Assembly: GCA_963663235.2 (NCBI GenBank)
Contig: CAXXNO010000012.1
Coordinates: 288,001 to 352,000, forward strand
DNA: 64,000 nt
Reading direction: 5' to 3'
Source: Dehalococcoidia bacterium
Lineage (GTDB): Bacteria; Chloroflexota; Dehalococcoidia; Bin125
The stretch's first letter is position 1, and every line of letters starts with the position of its first letter. The notes beneath the pieces were generated by a model, which had not been told where the DNA came from, did not search any database, and saw only the letters and a program-made list of their open reading frames with translations. Positions 39,103-49,291 of this stretch are shown one piece after another. The position numbers and the translations under genes were made by a program.

Positions 39103-41436
39103 CTACCCCGGCCGCAGCTCCAACCGATGCGCCGCCGCCGCCGCCACCTCGGTGTCCAGGTAGTGCATCGGAACACGCTCGTGCCGCCGCCAAAGCTCCA
39201 ACTGGTCCGCGTAGTGCGCCGACCCCGGCCGCCCGCTCGCCCCGCCGGGGATAGCCCAACTCGCGTGCGCAATCTCGCTCAGGTCCACCATCTGCCGGTA
39301 CACCGACAACACCTCGATGTCGAAGCCCATCCGTTCGTTCCAGTTGTACCCGGCGTTCTGCACGGTTTCGCCGTCTCCTCCCAGCGGCGCGCGCGGCGGG
39401 TTCAGCCTCTCGCCGTGCTCCGGGAACACAGCCGCCAGCGGATGCTGCGACCCCGTCCCGTGCGCCGCGTCCCACCGCCACTTCGATGCGTCCTCCCCGC
39501 ACCGCTCGGCCGCCCCCCGCCACGCCGACGCCAGCGCCTCGGGTAGCACGTCGTCCCACGCGCGGCCGTCCGGCGCTTTCTTTGACCTCTCCAGCCCCAT
39601 GCTCACGTTGTAGAACCAGGCGCCCAGCATCCGGAACGTTGATGGATTGCCGCCCGACGCCACCCAGGCCCACGCCTCCACCCCCGTCAGCGGCTCGAAC
39701 AGCGCCCCCACCACCCGGCGACGGAAGTGCGCGTACAGCAGCGCCGCCCCGCTCTCCGGCCGCAGGTTCCCGTCCCAGCCCGCCAGCATCGCCCGCGCCA
39801 ACTCCGCCTCGCCCCGCAACGGCCCCACCCGCTCCAGCAACCGCGCCCATCGCCGCGCCACCGTCGACGTCGTGTCGCCCTGCAGCGCCGCCAGCTCCGC
39901 CGGGCTGAACCGCTCCTGCGACCGCAGCACCTCCACGATCCGCTCCGCCCTCGACGGCGGGCTGAACTCGTGCGCGATGTACGGCGCGTCGCCGTCCCGC
40001 ACCGCCTGGTTCGCCGTGGCGATGAATCCCTCCGGTGGGTTGACCGCCCGTGGCATCGCCTCGAACGGCACGTTCCCCACCCATTCGTGCTCGCCCGTCC
40101 ACCCCGGCGCCGGCAACTGCCGCCCTGCCTTCGACGACCGCACCGGCAAGCGGCCCCGCGTCATGTAGCCGATGTTCCCCATCGTGTCCGCCGCCACGAA
40201 GTTGTTGACCGGGTCCACCCACCCCCGCTGGCACTCGAACAGCTCCTCCACCGTCGCCGCCCCGAGCATCGGCCGGAATACCTCGAAGCCCCGGCACGGC
40301 TCGTCGATGGCCGTGTAGCGCAGCGCCAGCGCCTGCCCCTCGCGCGGGTCCCCGAACACCAGCGGCCCGTGCGCCGTCCGCCACACATCGATCCGCCGCG
40401 GCCCCACGCCCCGCACCGCAATCGTCTCGCTCCGCCCCTCGGCCTGCGACCACCCCTCGCGGGTTCGGTAACGCCCCGGCCGGCCCGGGTCGAACTGTTC
40501 GATGTACAGGTCCTGATAGTCCGCCCCCGTGTGCGTGATCGACCAGGCCACCCGGCCGTTGTGCCCGAAGTGCGGGAAGCCCGGCAGCCCGGCGAACGCC
40601 GCCCCGATCACGTCGAACTCCGGAAAGGCCACGTGCGCCTGCCAGTAGACGTTGGGCGCCTCCAGCGGCCGGTGGGAGTCGTTGCACAACACCGGCAGCC
40701 CGGTGGTCGTCCGGCTCCCATGCACCGCCCACGAGTTCGAGCCACCCTCGCCGCCCGCGAGCCGGCCCAGTTGCTCGGCCGCGGTTGCGAAATCCTCCGC
40801 GCGCTGCGCCATGAACGGCGCCAGCCCCCCGCCCGGCGGCAGGATCACCGGCGACCCCGCCGGCGCCCGACCGTCGAGCCGCGCGTAACGCTCCGGGCCG
40901 ATCCGCGCCAGCAGCGCCGCCTGCGCCATCTTCAACGGCCACTTGCCCATGTACACGTGGCGGATCTTGAACGCGGCCACCGAGTGCCACGGCTCCCACG
41001 GCTCCGGTTCCGTCTCCGTGAGCGCGAACTCCACCGGCAGCGGCTGTCCCGACGCCAGATACGCGTTCACCCCCGCCGCGTACGCCTCGAACATCCCCCG
41101 CGTCGAGGCCGACATCGACGCCACGTCCACCTGTGCCGCCTCGGCCAGCTGCAGCCGCCGCGCCAGGATGTCCTCGGCCACCGCCGCCCCGCCCGCCACC
41201 TCCGCCCAGCGTCCCGTCGCCCGACGCCGGTCGTAGTCCATCTGCCAGAGCCGGTCCTGCGCCGCCGCGTAGCCCATCCCGAACCAGGCGTCGTGCTCGT
41301 TTTCCGCCCGGATGTGGGCGATGCCGAAGCCGTCCCGGCGCACCGTCACCGGCGCATCGAGCCCATCGACCCTGGTCACGCCGTCCAGTTGCGGCTGCGC
41401 GGCGGCGAAATCGATTCGCCCGTTGGTTCCGGCCAT
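39103..41436 (-). CDS. Penicillin acylase family Ntn-hydrolase
   Basis: RD.FGI.HI.A, AQDRLWQMD..RR, GSNSWAV (nucleophile Ser), NDSHR, ATANQ, PGG.SG...S.HY.DQ; no obvious signal peptide. Confidence 0.93.
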   Translation of the reverse strand: MAGTNGRIDFAAAQPQLDGVTRVDGLDAPVTVRRDGFGIAHIRAENEHDAWFGMGYAAAQDRLWQMDYDRRRATGRWAEVAGGAAVAEDILARRLQLAEAAQVDVASMSASTRGMFEAYAAGVNAYLASGQPLPVEFALTETEPEPWEPWHSVAAFKIRHVYMGKWPLKMAQAALLARIGPERYARLDGRAPAGSPVILPPGGGLAPFMAQRAEDFATAAEQLGRLAGGEGGSNSWAVHGSRTTTGLPVLCNDSHRPLEAPNVYWQAHVAFPEFDVIGAAFAGLPGFPHFGHNGRVAWSITHTGADYQDLYIEQFDPGRPGRYRTREGWSQAEGRSETIAVRGVGPRRIDVWRTAHGPLVFGDPREGQALALRYTAIDEPCRGFEVFRPMLGAATVEELFECQRGWVDPVNNFVAADTMGNIGYMTRGRLPVRSSKAGRQLPAPGWTGEHEWVGNVPFEAMPRAVNPPEGFIATANQAVRDGDAPYIAHEFSPPSRAERIVEVLRSQERFSPAELAALQGDTTSTVARRWARLLERVGPLRGEAELARAMLAGWDGNLRPESGAALLYAHFRRRVVGALFEPLTGVEAWAWVASGGNPSTFRMLGAWFYNVSMGLERSKKAPDGRAWDDVLPEALASAWRGAAERCGEDASKWRWDAAHGTGSQHPLAAVFPEHGERLNPPRAPLGGDGETVQNAGYNWNERMGFDIEVLSVYRQMVDLSEIAHASWAIPGGASGRPGSAHYADQLELWRRHERVPMHYLDTEVAAAAAHRLELRPG

Positions 41437-41571
41437 CGGCCCTCTCCCGCCCGGCGATGCCTCGCCGCGATGCGCCCGCGCGATGCTACCAGCCGTGGGA
41501 GCGCATTGAATCCAGTGCGCACGCGGTGCTAGCCTCGCCCTCACTCACGCCGCAAGCGAAGGAGAAACGCG

Positions 41572-42030
41572 ATGCCGAGTCTCGAAGAGCGCGTTCAGCA
41601 ACTGGAGGACATCGAGGACATCCGCCGCCTGAAGATGGACTACGCCGCCCACTGCGACAACCACTACGACGCCCCCAAGATCGCGGCGCTCTTCACAGAG
41701 GACGGCGTCTTCGAAGCCGGCGAGTTCGGCGTGCACAAGGGTCGCCAGGCCGTTCACGACCTCTTCGACCCCATCTCCGACGACTGGACCTTCGCCCTGC
41801 ACTACTACATGGGGGACAAGATCGAGGTCACGGGAGACACCGCCACCGGCACCTGGTACTTCTGGGAGCCCGCGACCATCAAAGGGATCGCCGTCTTCAA
41901 CGCCGCCACCTACTACGACGAGTACCGCAAGATCGACGGGCGCTGGTACTTCACGCTCCAGAAGATCGACTTCAAGTTCCTCACGCCCTACGAGGACGGC
42001 TGGGTCAAGACGCCGTTCGCCGACCTCTGA
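41572..42030 (+). CDS. SnoaL-like / NTF2 family protein
   Basis: LEDIEDIRRLK..YA..CD, LFTEDG, Y.DEY.K.DG.W; paralog of 10892. Confidence 0.88.
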   Translation: MPSLEERVQQLEDIEDIRRLKMDYAAHCDNHYDAPKIAALFTEDGVFEAGEFGVHKGRQAVHDLFDPISDDWTFALHYYMGDKIEVTGDTATGTWYFWEPATIKGIAVFNAATYYDEYRKIDGRWYFTLQKIDFKFLTPYEDGWVKTPFADL

Positions 42031-42051
42031 CGGCGCCGCGCTCCGGCTGCG

Positions 42052-43281
42052 TCACGACCGCTCGACGACGACCTCGCCGCCGAGCAGCACCATGTGGATC
42101 CGCGACCGGTCCTCGAGCACCGCGAGGTCGCTGAGCGGATCGCCGTCCACCAGCAATAGGTCGGCCAGCTTCCCCTCTTCGACGGTGCCGGCCTGCTCCG
42201 CCATGCCCAGGATCTCCGCGTTCGTCGCCGTCGACGCCACCAGCGCCCCCATCGCGCCCAGCGCCTTCGACTTAAACTGCAGCTCTCGCGCCTTGAACGG
42301 CTGATGCGCCCCCAGCAGGTCCGACCCCGAGCCGATCTTCACCCCGGCGTCTCGGGCGATCTCCACTGACCCATACGCCCCCGCCAGCGCCTCTTCGATC
42401 TTGCGCACGCTGTTCTCGGGCACCCCGCGCTCGCGACCGTCCGCGGCGATCATTTCGTACACGGCGATGGTGGGGACCAGGTACGTGCCGCTCTCGGCCA
42501 TCAGCGCCGCCGTCGCCTCGTCCAGCAAATTGCCGTGCTCCAGCGTCCGCACCCCCGCCTCGATGCAGTTCCGCATCCCCTCGGGCGTGTAGGTGTGCGC
42601 CATCACGTACTTGCCGGTGGCCTTCGCCTCCTCCACCGCCGCGCGAAGCTCGGGCACGCTGAACTGGGTCGCGCCTAGCTCATCCGTGGGCGAGATCGCC
42701 CCGCCGTTCGCCATCACCTTGACCTGGTCCGCGCCTCGGCGCAGCACCTCCCGCGCCGCCCAGCGCACCCGCTCCGGCCCGTCCACGACCAGGCTCGGCG
42801 AGAAGACGCCGGGGTCGTACTGCGGGTCGCGCGTATCGTTCCGGCGGCGAAAGTCGCCGTGGCCCCCAGTCTGCGAGATCCAGGCATTGCTGATCACCAG
42901 GCGCGGCGCCCGGATCAGCCCTCGGCTCGCGGCCTCCTTGTACCCCCAGTCCAGGCCGCCGGCGTCACGGACGGTGGTGAAGCCCGCGTCCAGCGTGGCT
43001 TCGATCTCGCGCGCGACGCGCATCGCGTACACCGCCGCGGGCTCGCGCGCCGCCGCCGCGACGCTGAACTCGACCATCGCCAGATGCACGTGCGCGTCGA
43101 TGAGCCCCGGCATCAGCGTCCGCCCCGCACAATCGACTGTCCGATCCGCCCCTCCGTCCAGCGTCCCGCTCCGCCCGATCCGGGCGATACGGCCCTCCTC
43201 AACGCGCACGGCCATCTCGCGCTGCGGGTCACGCCCCGTGCAATCCAGCACTTGCGCGTGCTCAAAGAGAATGCTGGCCAT
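42052..43281 (-). CDS. Metal-dependent amidohydrolase (Xaa-Pro dipeptidase-like subgroup)
   Basis: MPGLIDAHVH, GFTTVRDAGG, QTGGHGD, MAH, LEHG, GSD, GKLADL. Confidence 0.92.
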   Translation of the reverse strand: MASILFEHAQVLDCTGRDPQREMAVRVEEGRIARIGRSGTLDGGADRTVDCAGRTLMPGLIDAHVHLAMVEFSVAAAAREPAAVYAMRVAREIEATLDAGFTTVRDAGGLDWGYKEAASRGLIRAPRLVISNAWISQTGGHGDFRRRNDTRDPQYDPGVFSPSLVVDGPERVRWAAREVLRRGADQVKVMANGGAISPTDELGATQFSVPELRAAVEEAKATGKYVMAHTYTPEGMRNCIEAGVRTLEHGNLLDEATAALMAESGTYLVPTIAVYEMIAADGRERGVPENSVRKIEEALAGAYGSVEIARDAGVKIGSGSDLLGAHQPFKARELQFKSKALGAMGALVASTATNAEILGMAEQAGTVEEGKLADLLLVDGDPLSDLAVLEDRSRIHMVLLGGEVVVERS

Positions 43282-43314
43282 CGCCCGCCCTCCGCCGTCG
43301 GGCCCCGCCGGACG

Positions 43315-43833
43315 CTACGGCTTCCGCGACCCCACCAGTACCGGCGCCAGCGCGTGCAGCAGGTCCCGCATCGAAACGATCCCCACCAGCTTGCCGTCCT
43401 CCACGACCGGCAAGTGGTGGACGCGATCGATCACCAGCCGCTCCATCGCCTTGCCGATAGGGTCGCCGGCGTTCGCCACCACGGGGTCGGGCGTCATCAG
43501 CTCGCGGATCGGGATCTGCTCCCCACTCTCGTCCGGCGGAAGTTTCAACACAATATCCCGCTCCGTGATGATCCCGACGATCGCCGCTCCGTCCACAATC
43601 ACCAGCGCGCGGATGTTGTGACGGCGCATCTTCTCCAGCGCCGCCGCAACGGACTCGTCCGGCGTCGCCGTGATCGGGTTGGGGGTGGCGATCTCCGTGA
43701 TGTGGCGCTCCAGCAGCAGCGTGGAGATCTCGTCGTGCGGCAGGGGCACGTCGATGCTGCGCAGATCGGAGCCGCAGTTGGCGCACCGATCCTGGCCTTC
43801 AATGTTCTCGGTGTCGCAGGAGGGACAGCGCAT
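43315..43833 (-). CDS. CBS-pair protein with N-terminal zinc ribbon
   Basis: MRCPSCD..N..G...CANCG; GIITERDI, MTPDP, HLPVV..G.LVGIVS.RD. Confidence 0.9.
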   Translation of the reverse strand: MRCPSCDTENIEGQDRCANCGSDLRSIDVPLPHDEISTLLLERHITEIATPNPITATPDESVAAALEKMRRHNIRALVIVDGAAIVGIITERDIVLKLPPDESGEQIPIRELMTPDPVVANAGDPIGKAMERLVIDRVHHLPVVEDGKLVGIVSMRDLLHALAPVLVGSRKP

Positions 43834-43836
43834 GCC

Positions 43837-44352
43837 CTACGCCCCTTCGGGTGTCGGCAGCGGCTGCGTCGGTTCCGGCGGCTGGTTGAGCACCGCCTCC
43901 GGCAGCGCCTCCGCCACGAACTCCAGCACGTCGCGCACGCTGAGCACCCCCAGCGGCCGCCCTTCGTCGTCCGTGATGGGAACGTGACGGTGCCCTTCGT
44001 CGTCCAGCAGCCGCAGCACGTCCGTAACCGTATCCTGCGGTGTCAGGCGGGAAGGGTCCGCCTTCATGACGGCCGATACCGGCGCGTCGCCCGGCGTCGT
44101 CGATCGGTACGCCTTCTCCACCAGGTCACGCTCCGTCACGATGCCGACCAGCTTGCCGTCCTCGACGATCACCAGCGTACCGACGTTCTCTCGGCGGAAG
44201 ACCTCCACCGCCTCCCGCAACGGCGTCGACGGCGCCACGCTCACCAGCGGATACCGCACCAGCGCCGAAAGCGGCGTGTGCTGGAACGCCGTCCGCACGT
44301 CCCCGCCCGCATCGCCCCCGCTTGCGGACTCGTCGGCGCCGCCGTGACTCAC
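43837..44352 (-). CDS. CBS-pair protein
   Basis: LVGIVTERDL, RHVPI.D..G.P.GVLSVRD; GTG start overlaps the ppdK stop (GTGA). Confidence 0.88.
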   Translation of the reverse strand: MSHGGADESASGGDAGGDVRTAFQHTPLSALVRYPLVSVAPSTPLREAVEVFRRENVGTLVIVEDGKLVGIVTERDLVEKAYRSTTPGDAPVSAVMKADPSRLTPQDTVTDVLRLLDDEGHRHVPITDDEGRPLGVLSVRDVLEFVAEALPEAVLNQPPEPTQPLPTPEGA

Positions 44353-47072
44353 AATGCCGCCCCCCGCAACGCAGCCTGCGCGGCCGCCAGCCGGGCGATG
44401 CGCACCCGGTACGGCGAGCAAGAGACGTAGTCGAAGCCGGCCTCGTGGCAGAACTCGATCGAGGCCGGGTTCCCGCCGTGCTCCCCGCAGATGCCGATCT
44501 TGAGGTCGGGGACCGTCTGGCGGCCCCGCTCGATGCCCATGCGCACCAGGTCGCCCACGCCCTCCCGGTCCAACTCCACGAAGGGGTCCCGCTCCAGCAG
44601 CCGCTTCTCGAGGTACGCGGGAAGGAAACGGCCGGCATCGTCGCGCGAAAGCCCGAAGACGGTCTGTGTCAGGTCGTTGGTGCCGAACGAGAAGAAGTCG
44701 GTGTGCGCGGCGATGGCGGCCGCCGTGACGCAAGCGCGAGGCAGTTCGATCATCGTGCCGATGGTGTAGTCGACGCGCACACTCCGCTCCGCCATCACCT
44801 CTTCCGCCACCGCCACGATACGCTCCCGCACCTGCCGCAGCTCCTCCGCCATACCCACCAGCGGCACCATGATCTCCGGAGTCACTCGCACGCCCTCGGC
44901 CGTCAGCGTGCAGGCCGCCTCCATGATCGCCCGCGTTTGTGCGTCGTAGATCTCTGGGTAGGTGATTGCCAGCCGCACACCGCGATGCCCCAGCATGGGG
45001 TTGAACTCCTCCAGCGCCGCGACGCGCCGCTCTACGTCCGCCGTCGACGTCCCCAGCGTCTCCGCCAGGCGCGCAATCTCCTCCGCGCCCCGCGGAAGGA
45101 ACTCGTGCAGCGGCGGATCGAGCAGGCGGACGGTCACGGGGTACCCCTCCATGACGCGGAGGATCCCTTCAAAGTCCTGGCGCTGCATCGGCAGGATCTT
45201 GTCCAGCGCAGCCCGACGCGCCTGCGCCCCCTCCGCCAGGATCATCTGCCGCACCGCCAGGATGCGGTCCTCCCCAAAGAACATGTGCTCGGTGCGGCAC
45301 AGCCCGATCCCCTCAGCCCCAAACTCGCGGGCCCGCGCCGCGTCCTGCGGCGTGTCCGCGTTGGCCCGCACCCCCAGCCGCCGTTCGGCGTCGGCCCAGC
45401 CCATCAGCCGTTCGTACTCGTCCGGCAGGACCGGCGCCACCAGCGGCACGCTGTCCAGCATCACCTCTCCGCTGCTGCCGTCCAACGAAACGATGTCGCC
45501 CCGCCGGACCACCACTTCGCCCTGCCCGTCGACCTGCACGCTGAACTGGCCCCGCTGATAGTCGATGGCGATCGCGTCGCAGCCGGCGACGCAGCACTTG
45601 CCCCAGCCCCGCGCCACCACCGCCGCGTGCGACGTCATGCCGCCCCGCGCCGTCAGGATCCCGCGGGCCACGATCATCCCCTGGATGTCCTCGGGGCTGG
45701 TCTCCGTGCGAACCAGGATCACCGCCTCGCCGCGCTCGCTCCATTCGTTCGCCTCCTCGGTCGAGAACACCACTCGGCCCACGGCCGCGCCCGGCGAGGC
45801 CGGCAGCCCCTTCGCGATCACATGCCGCGGGGCCAGCTCATCGAAAACCGCATGCAGCAACTCGGTGAGCTGCTCGGGATCTTGGCGCAGGACGGCCTCC
45901 CGCTCATCGATGATCCCTTCCGCCACCAGGTCCACGGCGATCGTCACCCCCGCCCGCCCCGTGCGTTTGCCGGTGCGCGTTTGCAGGATCCACAGCTTCG
46001 ATTGCTGGACGGTGAACTCCACGTCCTGCATGTCCCGATAGTGCGCCTCCAGCGTCTCGCAGGCGCGGCGCAGGTCGGCGTAGACCGCCGGCGTCGTCGC
46101 CTCCATCGAGTCCGGCCCGTCGTTCGCGCGGATCGGCCGCGGCGTGCGCACGCCCGCTACCACGTCCTCACCCTGGGCGTTGGGGAGGAACTCCCCAAAC
46201 AGGCTCCGGTCACCCGTCTTCGGATCGCGGGTGAAGACCACGCCCGTCGCGCAGTCCTCGCCCAGATTGCCGAAGACCATGGCTTGCACGTTCACGGCGG
46301 TGCCCCAATCGGAGGGATAGCCGTGCAAGTCGCGGTAGACCAGCGCGCGGGGACTCTCCCAAGAGTTGAAGACCGCCCCGATCGCGGCCCACAGCTGCTC
46401 CCAGGGATCGTCCGGGAACGAGATCCCCAGCCGGCGATGGATCTCCGCTTTTCCTTCGCTCACCAACTCCCGCAAGGCGTCGGCGGCCAGCTCCGTGTCC
46501 AGCGTGACGCCGTGCTCGCGCTTCTTGCGCTCCAGAATCACCTCAAACGGGTCCTCGTGCAGCTCGGATTCGCGCTTGAGGCCCAGCACCACGTCGCCGT
46601 ACATCGCCACGAAGCGCCGGTAGGAATCGAAGGCGAAGCGCGGGTCACCGGACCGGCGCGACAACCCCTCCACCGTCCCATCGTTCAGGCCCAGGTTGAG
46701 CACCGTGTCCATCATGCCCGGCATGGAGACGCGGGCGCCGGAGCGGACGGACACCAGCAGCGGGTTCTCCCCGTCGCCGAACCGCGCCCCCACGACCTGC
46801 TCGATGCGCGCCACGCCCTCCCGCACCTGCTGCTCCAGCCCGGCGGGATAGCGTCGGCCCAGCGCGTAGAAGGCGTTGCAGGCTTCGGTCGTGATCGTGA
46901 GCCCCGGTGGCACGGGGATGCCGAGGTTGCTCATCTCCGCCAGGCCGGACCCTTTCCCGCCCAGCAGGTCACGCTGATCGCGGCTGCCGTCTGCCCGGCC
47001 GTCGCCGAACAGATAGACGCGCTTATCGGAGAGCGGAGACTCCTCGCGCTGCTGAGAAGCGGTGGTTGCCAT
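44349..47072 (-). CDS. ppdK: Pyruvate, phosphate dikinase
   Basis: LLGGKG, SVRSGA..SMPGMMDT, GGMTSHAAVVARG (phospho-His), GLCRTEHMF, SFGTNDL, GICGEHGG. Confidence 0.97.
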   Translation of the reverse strand: MATTASQQREESPLSDKRVYLFGDGRADGSRDQRDLLGGKGSGLAEMSNLGIPVPPGLTITTEACNAFYALGRRYPAGLEQQVREGVARIEQVVGARFGDGENPLLVSVRSGARVSMPGMMDTVLNLGLNDGTVEGLSRRSGDPRFAFDSYRRFVAMYGDVVLGLKRESELHEDPFEVILERKKREHGVTLDTELAADALRELVSEGKAEIHRRLGISFPDDPWEQLWAAIGAVFNSWESPRALVYRDLHGYPSDWGTAVNVQAMVFGNLGEDCATGVVFTRDPKTGDRSLFGEFLPNAQGEDVVAGVRTPRPIRANDGPDSMEATTPAVYADLRRACETLEAHYRDMQDVEFTVQQSKLWILQTRTGKRTGRAGVTIAVDLVAEGIIDEREAVLRQDPEQLTELLHAVFDELAPRHVIAKGLPASPGAAVGRVVFSTEEANEWSERGEAVILVRTETSPEDIQGMIVARGILTARGGMTSHAAVVARGWGKCCVAGCDAIAIDYQRGQFSVQVDGQGEVVVRRGDIVSLDGSSGEVMLDSVPLVAPVLPDEYERLMGWADAERRLGVRANADTPQDAARAREFGAEGIGLCRTEHMFFGEDRILAVRQMILAEGAQARRAALDKILPMQRQDFEGILRVMEGYPVTVRLLDPPLHEFLPRGAEEIARLAETLGTSTADVERRVAALEEFNPMLGHRGVRLAITYPEIYDAQTRAIMEAACTLTAEGVRVTPEIMVPLVGMAEELRQVRERIVAVAEEVMAERSVRVDYTIGTMIELPRACVTAAAIAAHTDFFSFGTNDLTQTVFGLSRDDAGRFLPAYLEKRLLERDPFVELDREGVGDLVRMGIERGRQTVPDLKIGICGEHGGNPASIEFCHEAGFDYVSCSPYRVRIARLAAAQAALRGAAL

Positions 47073-47254
47073 CAAGGCTCCCTCAACATCCGGCCCCGGC
47101 GGCAGACAGCGGCGAGACTGGCTGATGACTCCAGATCCTCGCGCAGGCCAAAGCGGCCGGACGCGCCCATGAACCATCTTAGGCGGCGCGCCTCCTCTTC
47201 GCCGCGCGATCCATCCGCCCAGCTCCGTTATCCTCGCTGCACGGAGCGCGACCG

Positions 47255-47617
47255 ATGGCCCCACGCCCGAACAGCGACGCCGCCGTGACCGCGCGAATCG
47301 CCCTGATCCCGCGCCCGGAACGGGAAACCGCGACCGCCCTGCGGGACCTGATCCGGGCCGCCCTGCCGCGCGCACAAGAATCGATAAAATGAGGCTATCC
47401 CACCTACTCGGGCGAGAGCAACATCTGCTCCCTCAATCCGGCCAAGGGCTACGTCCGCCTCCAGTTCTTCCGGGGGGCGCATCTCCACGACCCCCACGGC
47501 CTGCTGGAAGGCACGGGCAAGGGCATGCGGCACATCAAGGTCCGGCGTCGCGCGGACGTGAAGAAGGGCCGCATGACCGCCCTGCTCAAGGCGGCTGAGA
47601 AGCTCGACCGCTCCTAG
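47255..47617 (+). pseudogene. DUF1801 (YdhG-like) protein with in-frame TGA; absent from the ORF track
   Basis: Manual translation: MAPRPNSD...LRDLIRAALP.AQESIK*GYPTY...L.FFRGA.L.DP.GLLEG.GKGMRHIK. TGA at 47390-47392 replaces the conserved Trp of E.IKWG.P.Y. Confidence 0.82.
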
Positions 47618-47759
47618 AACGACGAGCCCGCCCGGAGCGCGGCGGCCCGCCGGTCGTGTGTCGTACGTCATCGGGGTGGGGAAAGATCCTCAGCAGACGC
47701 CGCCCGCGGAAGTCCGCCGCCTCGCCGTTCAAGACCCCCGATCGAGCGGCCTTTCCCGC

Positions 47760-48218
47760 CTAAGCGACGGGGTGCACCCGCAGATCCACCTGGTAGTCGA
47801 TCTCCGGCTTGATGATTTGGCTCACGTAGCAACCGCGCTCCGCCCGCCTCAGTAAGGGGCGCACGGTCTCTTCCGGTGCGGAACTCCAGACATCGAGTTC
47901 CAGGGTGATCCGCTCCACCCACTTCTCCGGGTTTGCGCGCGTCCGCGCCTCGATCCGGGCAATGGGTACGTCGCGCCGCTCCGCCACTATCTGGAACGTG
48001 ATGAGCATGCAGGCGCTGAGCGCTCCCAGGAACGCGTTGACCGGGGTCGGTCCCAGGTCGCTGCCGCCTGTGGCGGCCGACCCGTCCAACGTCCACTCGT
48101 GCCGCTTGCGGCGCAGGTTGACGGCGACCGACGCGCCCTCCGCCACCGCGCGCACGTCTCGCTTCTCGAACGGCGCATCCGTCGCGGACGGGACCGAAAC
48201 GCCACCTGTCTGCTCCAT
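47760..48218 (-). CDS. OsmC/Ohr family protein
   Basis: GG.D.GPTP...LGAL.AC and second Cys in AERGCYVS; GGAGGAGG before ATG 48218. Confidence 0.87.
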   Translation of the reverse strand: MEQTGGVSVPSATDAPFEKRDVRAVAEGASVAVNLRRKRHEWTLDGSAATGGSDLGPTPVNAFLGALSACMLITFQIVAERRDVPIARIEARTRANPEKWVERITLELDVWSSAPEETVRPLLRRAERGCYVSQIIKPEIDYQVDLRVHPVA

Positions 48219-48312
48219 CGCAACGACCTCCTCCAGCACGCTCAGCCAGTCGCGCTGCGCGCCGCTCGATTGTTTCAGCCGCGGCGGCCGCCTTCAAGCG
48301 CTCCCGGTAGCC

Positions 48313-49164
48313 CTAGCCGCCCGTCCTCCCGGCGACCACCTTCGCCAGGCGGTCCAGTTCCGGAAGCACGGCCGCCCTCGGTCCGCTTGGCACCTCAAAG
48401 ATGCACCGCTCGATGCCCGCCCGTTCGTACGCCGCGATCAAGCCCGCGTCCGCCATCAGCAACGACGTCCCCACCGCGTCTGGATCGCGACCGGCGGCCT
48501 CAGTCCGCTTGCGCAGGTCTGCGACCCCGTGCGCGAGCCAGTCGGGGTCCGCAGCGGTGGGCAGCCAGCCGTCGGCCCACTCCGCCACCCGCTGCCGGCA
48601 CCAGCGGCTCGCCGCGCCGATGTAGACCGGCGGGTGCGGCGACTGCGCCGGCTTGGGGTAGACGAACGTCCGCGGCACGTTCACGAACTCACTCTGGTAC
48701 TCCGGCTCTTCTTCGGTCCACATCCGCTTCATCGCCGCCACCCGCTGCTCGGTCACCTGCCAGCGCGTCTCGAAGCGCGTCCCCAGCGGTTCCATCTCCT
48801 CGCGCAGCCAGCCCGCCCCGACGCCGAACAGCAACCGGCCGCCCGAGATGTCGTCCAGGCTGGCCACCGCCTTGGCCAGCGCGATCGGTTCGTGCTCCGT
48901 GACGAGGCAAACGGCCGTCCCCAGCTTGATCGTGCCGGTCGCCCCGGCGGCCGCCGCCAGCGCCACCAGCGGATCGTGCGCGCGCAGGTACCGCTCCGGC
49001 AGCGATCCGTCCTCGGACAGCGGGAACGGCGTCTGCCGCTTCACCGGGATGTGCACGTGTTCCGGCACCCACAGCGACTCGAACCCCCGCTCCTCGGCCG
49101 CCCGCGCCACCTCGACGATGGGCATCGCCTTGTCCGTCGCGAAGATAAAGATCCCGAACTTCAC
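48313..49164 (-). CDS. LLM class F420-dependent oxidoreductase (Rv2161c-like)
   Basis: AEERGFESLWVPEH.HIP, LAK.VASLD..SGGR..FGVGAGW..EEM. Confidence 0.92.
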   Translation of the reverse strand: MKFGIFIFATDKAMPIVEVARAAEERGFESLWVPEHVHIPVKRQTPFPLSEDGSLPERYLRAHDPLVALAAAAGATGTIKLGTAVCLVTEHEPIALAKAVASLDDISGGRLLFGVGAGWLREEMEPLGTRFETRWQVTEQRVAAMKRMWTEEEPEYQSEFVNVPRTFVYPKPAQSPHPPVYIGAASRWCRQRVAEWADGWLPTAADPDWLAHGVADLRKRTEAAGRDPDAVGTSLLMADAGLIAAYERAGIERCIFEVPSGPRAAVLPELDRLAKVVAGRTGG

Positions 49165-49291
49165 AGCGGCTCTCCTCTCGTCCGGCACCGCCGCGGCGGC
49201 GCGACGCCTAGACACTGATGCGCTAGGCTAATCCATCCAGACAGCCGATTCGAACGGCCGCTCGGCCGCCACGGGGAAAGAGGCGCGCGCG

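Noticed and set aside
4959-47288. Long antisense ORFs (e.g. 4959-7046, 16483-18018, 30642-32978, 39727-41532, 44322-47288)
   Set aside because: They shadow well-supported genes on the other strand, as expected in high-GC DNA, and show no family motifs.
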